From the NCBI GenBank assembly GCA_965223795.1, contig CBDCXL010000002.1:70105-134104 (forward strand): DNA of 64,000 nt, read 5' to 3'. This DNA comes from Nitrospinales bacterium. GTDB taxonomy: Bacteria > Nitrospinota > Nitrospinia > Nitrospinales > VA-1. Under the pieces are notes generated by a model that searched no databases, had not been told where the DNA came from, and saw nothing but the letters and a program-made list of their open reading frames with translations. A program made the position numbers and the translations under genes. Positions 41,944-51,230 of the stretch are shown here, piece after piece. How positions within the stretch are numbered: position 1 is the first letter of the stretch; every line of letters starts with the position of its first letter.

Positions 41944-42354
41944 TTAAAACGGGATGTCGTCTTTGTCGCCGCCGGCTCCCTGCGAGGGCGCGTACTCTCC
42001 GGAGCCTTTGCCTTCGCCGCCACCGCCGGGCTTTCCGAGAAACTGCACGGTGTTCGCCACCACGTCGAGCTTGTTGCGCTTCTGTCCGGCGTCGGTTTCC
42101 CAGGACTGAAAATTGAGACGGCCTTCGACGAACACCGGGCTGCCCTTGTGCAGATACTCGGCGCAGTTTTCCGCCTGCTTGGCCCAGACCGTGATGTCGA
42201 CGTAGCAGACTTCGTCTTTCCAGTCGTCTCCCTGCTTGTAACGCCGGTTGACCGCCAACCCGAAGCTGGCGACGGCGGCCCCGCTCGCGGTGTAGCGCAG
42301 TTCCGGATCGCGGGTCAGATTTCCCATCAGCAACACTTTATTGAAAGATGCCAT
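41944..42354 (-). CDS. ssb: single-stranded DNA-binding protein
   Basis: MASFNKVLLMGNLTRDPELRYT OB fold, Gly-rich tail, and C-terminal DDIPF. Confidence 0.95.
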   Translation of the reverse strand: MASFNKVLLMGNLTRDPELRYTASGAAVASFGLAVNRRYKQGDDWKDEVCYVDITVWAKQAENCAEYLHKGSPVFVEGRLNFQSWETDAGQKRNKLDVVANTVQFLGKPGGGGEGKGSGEYAPSQGAGGDKDDIPF

Positions 42355-42398
42355 CGGTCACCATCCTGTAGCGGGTTTTGGATTGACGCGCGGTAAGT

Positions 42399-42794
42399 TC
42401 AGCCGTCCGACTTTTCGGCGGCGGCCGGTTTCTTTTCCTCGCCCGGTTTTTCGCCTTCGGGCTCGGATTCCTTTTCTTCATTGACACTGAGGACCCGCTC
42501 CCGTTCCTTTTCCTCCAGCCGGACCACCATATACTTTATGATGGGGTCGAACAGGCGGAATTTTTCCTCGAGGGCGGAAACCTTTTCGTTGTCGCAGGTG
42601 TGGTAAATGTTGAGATAAAACCCGAAGCGGTTTTTCTTCACTCGGTACGCCAGGCGCTTTTTTCCCCATTTATCGACTTTGAGGAACTCGCCGCCCTGGG
42701 CCTTGACCATGTCTTCGATGCTTTTCAGGGCGTCGTCGACCTGGGCTTCGTCATAATCGGGTTTCAGAATCAGAATACTCTGGTAGGTACGCAA
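42399..42794 (-). CDS. rpsF: 30S ribosomal protein S6 with acidic tail
   Basis: Start moved to TTG 42794, which has GAGGAGG 5 nt upstream. (M)RTYQSILILKPD... is a typical S6 N-terminus. Confidence 0.88.
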   Translation of the reverse strand: MRTYQSILILKPDYDEAQVDDALKSIEDMVKAQGGEFLKVDKWGKKRLAYRVKKNRFGFYLNIYHTCDNEKVSALEEKFRLFDPIIKYMVVRLEEKERERVLSVNEEKESEPEGEKPGEEKKPAAAEKSDG

Positions 42795-42928
42795 ATGGAC
42801 CTCCTCGTGAGTTGTGCCGTGAGCCCTGACCTCTTTGAGCCAGAGCGAGGGGGTTGATCGATTGAAATTTTTCCAGATTCTGGCACAGGAACCGGTTAAA
42901 ATCAAGCGAATTCAATGCGGAGTGCGTC

Positions 42929-44113
42929 TTGCAAAACCTTCTCTACTTACAAGGGGTTAGCGTATTTTCCCCAGGCCGGAAACAGGGACCGGCGGCCGCG
43001 GCTTTGTGGCTTTCCGTCTGCCTGCTTTTCGCCGCCTGCGATATGAAACTGCCCAAGCCGCCGCCGGACCTGTTTTACAAGTTCAACGTGCTGCCGGTGG
43101 GACAGGGGCCGTCGGATCTATTGACCCTGGATCTCAACCGCGACGGCCAGGCGGACATCGTTTCGGCGAACGCGAAAAACAGCTCGCTGTCGATCCTGTA
43201 CGGCAAGGGGGACGGCACTTTCCTCCCCACGGAGAACCTGGCGGTGCCGCTGGAACCCACCCGGCTGGCGGCGGGGGATATCAACGGCGACGGGCTGCTG
43301 GACCTTGCGGTCAACTCGCGCGGCACGCATTCGCTGACAATTTTATTACAACGGGTGAACGGGTCGTTCCGCCGGGTGAAGCCGGTGCCCACGGGCCGGG
43401 TGCCGCTGGCGGTGATCCTCGACGATTTCAACGGCGACGGCCGCCTCGACGCGGCGGTCACGCTGACGTTCGACAAGCTGGAGATCCACCTGGGCAACGG
43501 CGACGGCACGTTCAAGATGGGCGCAACCTACTACACCGGGTCGCGGTCGTTCTCGGGCGTGTCCGGCGATTTCAACGGCGACGGCAACCGCGACATCGCG
43601 GCGGCGGCGACCAGCTCCGGCGCCAGCTCGCTGCGCGTGTTCTGGGGCAACGGCGACGGCACCTTTCAGAAACCGCTCAGGCTGGTCGAGGGGTTGATGC
43701 CGCTTGCGGTCACGGCGCACGACATGAACGCGGACGGCAAGGAGGACCTCATCGTCGGCGCGGGCCAGGGCGACAATATGTACCTGATCCTGTCCAACGG
43801 CGACGGCACGTTTCAAAAGGAGACCGCCTTTTCCGGCGGCGGCGGGCCGATCTCGCTGGTCGCCGAGCATTTCAACGACGATACGCTGATGGACGTGGCG
43901 GTGGCCAACTCGCGCAGCAGCAGCTTTTCCCTCATCATCCGCAGGCCGGACGGCCGGTTCCGCTACCCCACGCGGGATTACATAGTGGAAGGCGGCACGC
44001 CGCTCGCCATCACCAGCGGCGACTACAACGACGACGGCATGGCGGACATCGCGGTCTCCAGCAACGCCTACCACACGGTGGAAGTGTACCTCCGGCGCCG
44101 GATCTTGCAGTGA
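42929..44113 (+). CDS. FG-GAP/VCBS-repeat (beta-propeller) lipoprotein
   Basis: Repeated D.N.DG..D motifs (DLNRDGQADIV, DINGDGLLDLAV, DFNGDGRLD, and more). LFAAC lipobox. Start codon uncertain. Confidence 0.8.
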   Translation: MQNLLYLQGVSVFSPGRKQGPAAAALWLSVCLLFAACDMKLPKPPPDLFYKFNVLPVGQGPSDLLTLDLNRDGQADIVSANAKNSSLSILYGKGDGTFLPTENLAVPLEPTRLAAGDINGDGLLDLAVNSRGTHSLTILLQRVNGSFRRVKPVPTGRVPLAVILDDFNGDGRLDAAVTLTFDKLEIHLGNGDGTFKMGATYYTGSRSFSGVSGDFNGDGNRDIAAAATSSGASSLRVFWGNGDGTFQKPLRLVEGLMPLAVTAHDMNADGKEDLIVGAGQGDNMYLILSNGDGTFQKETAFSGGGGPISLVAEHFNDDTLMDVAVANSRSSSFSLIIRRPDGRFRYPTRDYIVEGGTPLAITSGDYNDDGMADIAVSSNAYHTVEVYLRRRILQ

Positions 44114-44264
44114 ACGGAAAGGCGTCTGACAGGATGAACGGGATGAAAGCGGAAAAATTCGTATAATGACCCGATTCAAAGAAAAACGAAGGATCGAAGC
44201 GGCGATCGCACAGCAAAACCAATAAAAGTAGCTTAAGATTGGGGTTGCCCGGGGTTCTGCATGA

Positions 44265-44297
44265 CCGCTTCTGACGACTCGAAGCGGACATTTTTTT
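44265..44297 (+). terminator. hairpin plus T7 terminator
   Basis: CCGCTTC-loop-GAAGCGG-aca-TTTTTTT. Confidence 0.6.
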
Positions 44298-44318
44298 GAA
44301 GAAAGGAAATTTTAAATT

Positions 44319-45212
44319 ATGCCAGGAAACAGTCGAATCGGCATTGTAGGCGTTGGCCGCATGGGGTCCAATATGGCCCGGCGTCTCAAAGATCAGGGTT
44401 TTGTCATCACTGCGGTCCAGGATCTCCACGCTCCGGCAGCGGAAGCATTGGCAAAGGAACTTTCCTGCGAGCAGGCTGCGACGCCGGCGTGCGTCGCGGA
44501 ATTAAGCGATGTCGTGCTGACTGTGGTTTCCAATGACGCGGCAATGGGTGAGATTTTCGCGGAAGAAAAACCCACCAGCCTGCTTTGCCATGCCAGGGGC
44601 AGATTATTTATCAATTTCGCAACGGTCAGCCCCGAAACACACATCAAAACGGAAGCCCGCGTCGAGAGTAAAGGCGGAACCAACCTGGAAGCGTTGATGG
44701 CCAGCAGTATCACCCAGGCACGCGAAGGCACTCTCTATCTTATGTGCGGCGGGAAAAAGCCGGTCTTTGAACAGGCTCGAACAATACTTGAGGCAATGAG
44801 CTCCAGGCTTCTCTATGTCGGCCCCGCGGGTGACGCGGCAAAGGTCAAAGCCCTCGTCAATATGGTCATGAACAGCAACACCGCCGCGTTGGCGGAAGGC
44901 CTGGGGCTCGGAGACGCCCTTTCGCTGGATCTGACAATGCTTCGTGAGGTCTTTGGTCAGACCGGTGCGGCCTCGCGCGTTCTTGAAACGGACGGCGAAG
45001 ACATGCAAATTCGGGATCATGAATGCTATTTCTCCGCCGCGCATGCGGCCAAGGATTCCGGAATCGCCCTCGACCTGGCGCGATCCGCAGGATTGAAGCT
45101 GCCGATAGCACAAGCCACTTTCGATCAATACCAGCGTCTCGTCGAAGCGGGTAAGGGAGAACTGGACAAGTCGGCTGTGGCGGAACTGGTGTTTAAAGGA
45201 AGAATGCAATAA
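44319..45212 (+). CDS. NAD(P)-dependent oxidoreductase, 3-hydroxyisobutyrate / 6-phosphogluconate dehydrogenase-like family
   Basis: IGIVGVGRMGSNMARRL Rossmann motif and the family layout. Confidence 0.85.
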   Translation: MPGNSRIGIVGVGRMGSNMARRLKDQGFVITAVQDLHAPAAEALAKELSCEQAATPACVAELSDVVLTVVSNDAAMGEIFAEEKPTSLLCHARGRLFINFATVSPETHIKTEARVESKGGTNLEALMASSITQAREGTLYLMCGGKKPVFEQARTILEAMSSRLLYVGPAGDAAKVKALVNMVMNSNTAALAEGLGLGDALSLDLTMLREVFGQTGAASRVLETDGEDMQIRDHECYFSAAHAAKDSGIALDLARSAGLKLPIAQATFDQYQRLVEAGKGELDKSAVAELVFKGRMQ

Positions 45213-45223
45213 AGGGAGCGACA

Positions 45224-46093
45224 ATGGCACTCGAAGATGAATTGGGAGATATTTTACAAAAGGCCCGGGATGGAAAAGCCTGGTCTCTGGACGACCTTGT
45301 TCGCGCAACGGACCTTTCGGTGGACGACCTCCGGCAGATAGAACGTTATCAACTGACGCCGGAGGATGCGGATGTCTTGAAGCTGGCGCAGGCTTTGGGT
45401 CTGGATGGACCGGCCTTGATCGACATTGCCCGGGAACGCTGGGAACCCGACAAACCCGCCGATGATCCGGATTTCGATCTGGTCTGCCTGAATGTATTCA
45501 TGGGCGAGTACCCGGTAAATTGCTACCTGCTGCGCTGCAAGGCAACGGGAGAAACTGCGGTGGTGGACACGGGAGCAAACCCGAAAACCATCATCCGCAA
45601 AGCCCGGGAAATGGGGGTTCGGCCCGGCAAGATTTTATTGACCCATGCCCACCCGGATCACGCAGGCGGCCTGGGAGAACTCAGCGATGCTTTCAACTGC
45701 CCTACCTATATCGACCATAAAGAGCCCAGGCCCAAAGGAAGCGACGACTTTAAAATTGTCAAGGAAGGGGATGAAATAACGCTGGGCAATTTGCGAATCC
45801 AGTGCATTGAAACGCCCGGTCATACAGCAGGCGGGGTTTCTTACCTGATAAACCAGACCCTGCTATCGGGGGATGTGATTTTCGCAGGGTCCATGGGACG
45901 TGCCAATTCCTCGTGGGAAGACCTGTTTAATTCCATCACCCGAAAGGTATTGCGCTTGCCCGATGCGACGGGCATTCACCCCGGCCACGGTCCCGCGACC
46001 ACCGTGGGGCAGGAGAAACATCACAATCCGTTTTTTAAAGGACGCGTGGGGAATGATGCAGACGGGATGGGCGGGATAAAAGCGAAAACCTGA
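45224..46093 (+). CDS. XRE-like HTH fused to an MBL-fold metallo-hydrolase
   Basis: N-terminal HTH-like segment (WSLDDLVRATDLSVDDLRQIE). THAHPDHAGG metallo-beta-lactamase motif. Confidence 0.8.
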   Translation: MALEDELGDILQKARDGKAWSLDDLVRATDLSVDDLRQIERYQLTPEDADVLKLAQALGLDGPALIDIARERWEPDKPADDPDFDLVCLNVFMGEYPVNCYLLRCKATGETAVVDTGANPKTIIRKAREMGVRPGKILLTHAHPDHAGGLGELSDAFNCPTYIDHKEPRPKGSDDFKIVKEGDEITLGNLRIQCIETPGHTAGGVSYLINQTLLSGDVIFAGSMGRANSSWEDLFNSITRKVLRLPDATGIHPGHGPATTVGQEKHHNPFFKGRVGNDADGMGGIKAKT

Positions 46094-46096
46094 TTG

Positions 46097-46127
46097 AACC
46101 GCAAAGACGCAAAGGACGCAAAGAAAA
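46097..46127. repeat. left terminal inverted repeat
   Basis: AACCGCAAAGACGCAAAGGACGCAAAGAAAA, containing three CGCAAAG sub-repeats. Confidence 0.85.
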
Positions 46128-46218
46128 GCAAAAACAGGGGACAGGGTTAACAGGATAAAAACCAGATTGAAAGGAAAACCTGCCTCGCGCAAAGACGCCA
46201 AGCCCCCCTCACCTCAGT

Positions 46219-46243
46219 CCTCTCCCCCCTCAGGGGGGAGAGG
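46219..46243 (-). terminator. perfect 11-bp hairpin downstream of the cargo operon (no U-tract)
   Basis: CCTCTCCCCCC-tca-GGGGGGAGAGG. Confidence 0.35.
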
Positions 46244-46289
46244 AAGTTGGCAGCCAATCACTAAATTACAGTAGGTTGCTTGAGGAACC

Positions 46290-46769
46290 TTATATTTCTT
46301 CCTCTTCCTTTGAAATCATCAAGCCAGGTACTTTACGAACTGCGTCCTCATACTCCTCTTTGGCAAGAAGTAAATAGGCATCTTTTTCGTGGGCAATGTT
46401 TACCAACCAGGGAGACCCGTCTTCTCTAAGCAGACATAAATCTTCCGGAAGTCTGGGTTGCACCCAGTCAAACAAGTTCTTTGAAACGCCGGTTAAGATT
46501 GGCAGGATCTCTGCACATAGCCTATATGAATAAACGCTTGCCGTATGGTCCAAAAGCCTGGTGCCAGGCCATTCTGACTTTTCCTCACGACTGATTAAAA
46601 AATCATTTAACGATTCCAAGAGCCTTTTTCCCTCATCACTCAGTTCGATTGAACCTCGGACCACCAATAGAAACGCATTGCAATAATCCAGAGAAAGCTC
46701 AAGCAGGTTGTAATAATCTTCCTCAGCTGGAGTTTTATCAAAGCAGTATTGACTGCGCTTCATAGTCAC
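46290..46769 (-). CDS. hypothetical soluble protein (159 aa), cassette cargo
   Basis: ORF in the AT-rich segment. Start is GTG 46769 (GTGA overlap) or ATG 46763, 2 nt after the upstream stop. No motif recognised. Confidence 0.65.
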   Translation of the reverse strand: MTMKRSQYCFDKTPAEEDYYNLLELSLDYCNAFLLVVRGSIELSDEGKRLLESLNDFLISREEKSEWPGTRLLDHTASVYSYRLCAEILPILTGVSKNLFDWVQPRLPEDLCLLREDGSPWLVNIAHEKDAYLLLAKEEYEDAVRKVPGLMISKEEEEI

Positions 46770-47233
46770 CCACTATTTAAATCCAGCGGTTTTCTAAATC
46801 GAGATAAAGTCTGTAAATATTTAACTTCTAAAAATATCAGTCCAACTGGAATTATTAGAACTGCTACTAGATTGTATGACCCCAATGAAGACAACATTGT
46901 AATAAAATGCAACCAAAAAACATGAAAGATGGGACTATATACACTGGTTAAAGCCATCCCAGCAATAGTTGCAACGAGGATATTCATTAATATTCGACAG
47001 ATAGAAATAAATATTTCTAAACGAAATACCCATCTCCCTATATTTCTGCGCCATATATTTACTAAATTAAAAACATTCATGAAAATATATGTGACTCTAC
47101 TAGACAGTATTGTTATCAAGGTCAGAAGTGAAAATTCTCTCAAAAAAGAATCATATTTGAAGATTGTAAGAATTATAAAATCTGATACTAACAGGATTAC
47201 GTATATAGCTTTATAGATCAAAACGAAATTCAT
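46766..47233 (-). CDS. hypothetical polytopic membrane protein (155 aa, 4-5 TM), cassette cargo
   Basis: Very AT-rich ORF with several hydrophobic helices, translationally coupled to the downstream ORF. Confidence 0.65.
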   Translation of the reverse strand: MNFVLIYKAIYVILLVSDFIILTIFKYDSFLREFSLLTLITILSSRVTYIFMNVFNLVNIWRRNIGRWVFRLEIFISICRILMNILVATIAGMALTSVYSPIFHVFWLHFITMLSSLGSYNLVAVLIIPVGLIFLEVKYLQTLSRFRKPLDLNSG

Positions 47234-47337
47234 AAATTGTGAATTCCAATCTTTTGCACAATGAAGCTATTACTAAGGGAGATAAAGGAATCTAAAGGGG
47301 TCGAGTCTTGACTTGGTAAGTATTTTCCTTTGGCTGT

Positions 47338-47368
47338 TTTTCTTTGCGTCCTTTGCGCCTTTGCGGTT
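47338..47368. repeat. right terminal inverted repeat
   Basis: Reverse complement reads AACCGCAAAGGCGCAAAGGACGCAAAGAAAA. Confidence 0.85.
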
Positions 47369-47523
47369 TGATTGCCTTTGCTTTTCCACACGCCAATAAG
47401 GCTTTGGCCGAACACAGCTCGACACCCGCTTGTCAAAATACTGGAGGTGGCTCGGCGCGAGGATGGGTTTTTCCCTTCTATCCGCCTTTCATCCTGTCCA
47501 TCCTGTCCGGTCTTTTCTCGGGA

Positions 47524-49683
47524 TCAACCGGACAGCGCGAATTCGGGGACGGTGGGGAGCTTGCGCCATTTGTTGAAATGGAACATGAGGTCGCCGCTTT
47601 TGACGGGCTGGATCTGTTTGAATTGTTCGCTGCCGTCGGGCTGTTGCTCGACGATGACGATTTTCTTGTCCATGAGGCTGGTGGCCTTGCGCACGAACAG
47701 GAAGGTGTAGGGCTGGTCGCGCGCGATGATGCGGTGCAGCTTGCGGGCCATTTTTATCTGCTCGTCGCGGTCGTACTCGCGGCGGATGCGGACGATGAGG
47801 CGGTCCACTTCGGGTTTCTCGTAGCCGACGAAGTTCAGCCGGTTGGGGCCGGTCTGGCTGGAGTGCCAGAGCTGGTACATGTCCGGGTTGGGTCCGGTGC
47901 TCCAGCCTAATATGAGGGCGTCGAACTTGAGGGCGTTGACGAAGTCCTTGAGGAACACCGCCCACTCGAACAACTGGGTGTTGCACTTGACGCCGATTTT
48001 TTTCCAGCTGTTCTGCACGATGCTGAGAATGTTTTTCCTTACTGGGTTGCCGCTGTTGGTGATGAGGTTGAACTCGAACAGCTTGCCGTCTTTTTCCAGC
48101 CAGCCGTCGGCGTTTTTCTCCCAGCCTTCTTCCTTGAGCAGCCGCACGGCGCCTTCGGGATCGTAGGGGATGGGCTGCACGCTGTGGTCGTACCAGTCGG
48201 TGATCTTGGCGTAGGGCCCGGTGACCCGCTCGCCTTCGCCGTACAGGATGTATTCGATGATCTCCTCGACGTTGACGGCCATGCCCAGGGCGGTGCGCAC
48301 CTTGACGGACTGAAACAACGGCTTGCGCAGGTTGTAGCCGATGTAGGAGTAGGTCATGCCGACGGTGGAAAAGCTCTGGTACTTGGGATCGTCGCGCAGC
48401 CGTTCGACCTGGTGCGGCTCGACGCCGTAGCCGTCCACCGCGCCGGAGTAAAACTCCATCTCGCGCACCAGCACGTCCGGGATGATGCGCATGATGTATT
48501 CGTGGTATTCGGGCGGGCCGTCCCAGTAATCCTCATTGCGGGTGAGCACGATCTGCTCGTCGGATTTCCATTCCTTGAAGATATAGGCTCCGGTGCCGAC
48601 GGGATTGCGGTTGAAGCGGCTGTCGCGCAGGGTGAAGGTTTCGGGGTCCTCGCCACGTTCTTTGGCTTCCTCTTGCAGCCTGCCCTCGTTGAGAAGGTGC
48701 TCGGGCAGCATCCCCATCGTTGCCCAGGAAAACAGCGCCGGAGAGAACAGGCGCTTGTAGACGATCCGCACCTTGTGGCCGTTCACGATCTCCATGCTTT
48801 TGATCGGTTCGTAGTTCGAGGTCCGCGGCGAGGCATTCTTCGGGTTCATGATGGACTGGTAGGTGAACAGCACATCGCCGGCGTCGAATTCGTGGCCGTC
48901 GTGAAAGCGCACGCCCTTGCGCAGCTCGAACACGATCACGGGGTTGTGCTCTTTGACGGGCAGCAGCGTTTGGTATTTGCCGGCGAGACGCTCCTGAACC
49001 TTGTTATCCTGGGCGCGGATGTACTTGGCGTATGGGAAACTCTTAAAATAGGTTTCGCCCAGCAGTGTTTCGAGCGGCTTGAAAAAATCCTGATCGATCT
49101 TGTTCAAGGTGAACTTCAGCCGCACGGGCCGTTTGAGCTTGTAGGCAACGTCTTCCATGCGCGGCCGCCCCTTTTCCATTTGCGGCTTGCCGTTGTCATC
49201 GAGAACCGGGAGGGCGATTTTCTCATCGAGCGTTTCACCCTCGACCACCTCCACGGACTTCAGGTTTTGTGTCCAGGCGGCCTCGGAAGCCAGCGCATCG
49301 CGCAGGAATCGCTTCAGATCGCGGGCATCGGCCAGCGGCGGCACCTCCGGCGGCGCGGATTTCTTTAGATGTTCGAGATCGACGGCCAGGTAGGCTTCCT
49401 CGAACTGGTCCCTTGATATGGCGAGCCGCAGCCTGAAATCGAGGTTTTCGTCCAGATCCATCAGGGTGTCGAACACGCGGCTCTCGATCTCGCTGCTGGC
49501 GGTGTCGGCGCTGAGCACGGGGTTGAGGATCTGGGCGTCGCCGGAGGAGGCGCTCAAGTACTTGAAGAGGCGGTCCGGATTGCCCACGGCCTGCTTTTCG
49601 TAGGTCGGCACCCAAAAGAAGGACTGGGCCAGGATCAGGATCAAAAGCAGGGGCAGATAGATGAGGATCCGTTTGATGGTCAT
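47524..49683 (-). CDS. ABC transporter substrate-binding protein, family 5 (peptide/nickel type), with no adjacent permease or ATPase
   Basis: N-terminal anchor and length/sequence pattern of SBP_bac_5 (..NP.R.LF.., ..W..D..). Confidence 0.85.
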   Translation of the reverse strand: MTIKRILIYLPLLLILILAQSFFWVPTYEKQAVGNPDRLFKYLSASSGDAQILNPVLSADTASSEIESRVFDTLMDLDENLDFRLRLAISRDQFEEAYLAVDLEHLKKSAPPEVPPLADARDLKRFLRDALASEAAWTQNLKSVEVVEGETLDEKIALPVLDDNGKPQMEKGRPRMEDVAYKLKRPVRLKFTLNKIDQDFFKPLETLLGETYFKSFPYAKYIRAQDNKVQERLAGKYQTLLPVKEHNPVIVFELRKGVRFHDGHEFDAGDVLFTYQSIMNPKNASPRTSNYEPIKSMEIVNGHKVRIVYKRLFSPALFSWATMGMLPEHLLNEGRLQEEAKERGEDPETFTLRDSRFNRNPVGTGAYIFKEWKSDEQIVLTRNEDYWDGPPEYHEYIMRIIPDVLVREMEFYSGAVDGYGVEPHQVERLRDDPKYQSFSTVGMTYSYIGYNLRKPLFQSVKVRTALGMAVNVEEIIEYILYGEGERVTGPYAKITDWYDHSVQPIPYDPEGAVRLLKEEGWEKNADGWLEKDGKLFEFNLITNSGNPVRKNILSIVQNSWKKIGVKCNTQLFEWAVFLKDFVNALKFDALILGWSTGPNPDMYQLWHSSQTGPNRLNFVGYEKPEVDRLIVRIRREYDRDEQIKMARKLHRIIARDQPYTFLFVRKATSLMDKKIVIVEQQPDGSEQFKQIQPVKSGDLMFHFNKWRKLPTVPEFALSG

Positions 49684-50004
49684 GGCAGAATCATATCAGA
49701 AATCCGATGCGGGCCCTTGAATTTATCAACGCCGGTGGGAAACCGGCAACCTTTCTGTAAAATCATAGTTTACCGCATTCAGATTGAAAAAAATATTCCG
49801 CTCTAAACCGGGGAAAACCGGTAAAAAAAATTTCTTGACTTGACTTAAAATTGTATATATTAGTTTATTACCCTCGCGGCCTAAGATAGGATCGCGAGGT
49901 ATTTTTTACGGGGAAACCCCTTATATATTCAACTTTTATTGGAAAGCCCTTATACTGATAAGAAGGTTTTTTATTTCTTTCTTTTTTGCAATCTCAATCT
50001 TTGA

Positions 50005-50346
<342 letters not shown>

Positions 50347-50522
50347 TAACTCTGCACGGAGGCGGCTTCTCAAGGCCCACGCCGAGGAAGCCGCTGGTTT
50401 CACAAAACCGCGTGTGTGTTTTCAAGTCAGCCTCGTTCCGCACGAGGCCGTTTCTGTCTGCGACAGGCGATTGCTCTTGCGCCCTACCGCCGCCTGAGAG
50501 TCTGATTCTCTTGTAACAGTCC

Positions 50523-50550
50523 TTGACAACCGGCAGGCAACCGTTATACC
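50523..50550 (+). promoter_or_regulatory. sigma-70-like promoter for the tRNA
   Basis: TTGACA, 16-nt spacer, TATACC, about 47 nt upstream of tRNA position 1. Confidence 0.5.
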
Positions 50551-50596
50551 TTTACGGAAACTTTTCCTGCGTTTTTCATTCAGCATCCAAAATCAC

Positions 50597-50673
<77 letters not shown>

Positions 50674-50681
50674 AATAAAAT

Positions 50682-50722
50682 AAGGGGTTGAGCGGAAACG
50701 CTCAGCCCCTTATTTATTTTTT
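50682..50722 (+). terminator. rho-independent terminator after the tRNA
   Basis: AAGGGGTTGAGCG-gaaa-CGCTCAGCCCCTT followed by ATTTATTTTTT. Confidence 0.75.
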
Positions 50723-50842
50723 GGCCGGGAAATTACAACCTCTTTACAACTAAAACGCATTCCCGTTACTTCCTGGAACGATATCCTTCTTTCTTCTTAC
50801 TTCACCCTGCACCGCTCCCGCATTTTCCCAAGGACGCCCGAA

Positions 50843-51103
50843 TCAGGGTGTGCCTACATCCTGATCAATCTTCCCTTCCCGCGGATCTTCTATTTCCTTG
50901 ATTTCAGCCTCAATGGCATTGCGGACCTCTACATACACCGGGTGGGAAAATTTTAAGGCCCTTTTTCTAGCCTTGGGGCCAATAATATTGGGCTCCATTT
51001 GGTCCCGGATCTCAAACTTCCGGGGATTATGTTTATTTATTTCTTCTTTCATCTCTTGATCCTTTCCGTGTTGGTTTGTTTGAGCCATCCTATCAGAGAG
51101 CAA
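50843..51103 (-). CDS. hypothetical protein
   Basis: ORF only. Lys/Glu-rich with no motif. Confidence 0.35.
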   Translation of the reverse strand: MLSDRMAQTNQHGKDQEMKEEINKHNPRKFEIRDQMEPNIIGPKARKRALKFSHPVYVEVRNAIEAEIKEIEDPREGKIDQDVGTP

Positions 51104-51230
51104 CCTCCGAAACCCGATTAATCCTTCGTATGCGAGGTGTGCGGTGCGGATGTCCAGACCATGGCCCCGAATCGGCGGTGGTGTGATCGGTGTCGGGTGC
51201 GGAGGTTGTTTAGAGCGGGTGAGGAATAAT

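Larger units (their letters stand above)
46097..47368. mobile_element. 1272-bp AT-rich TIR-bounded cassette with two cargo ORFs and no transposase, flanked by a 6-bp direct repeat
   Basis: 31-bp TIRs at 46097-46127 and 47338-47368, matching 30/31 when reverse-complemented. TGATTG sits at 46091-46096 and again at 47369-47374. The interior is visibly AT-rich. Confidence 0.7.

Noticed and set aside
47230-47986. ORFs 47230-47436 (minus), 47344-47910 (plus) and 47489-47986 (minus) spanning the right TIR and the SBP 3' end.
   Set aside because: They read through repeat DNA or run antisense or out of frame to the well-supported SBP gene, and have no RBS or motif.
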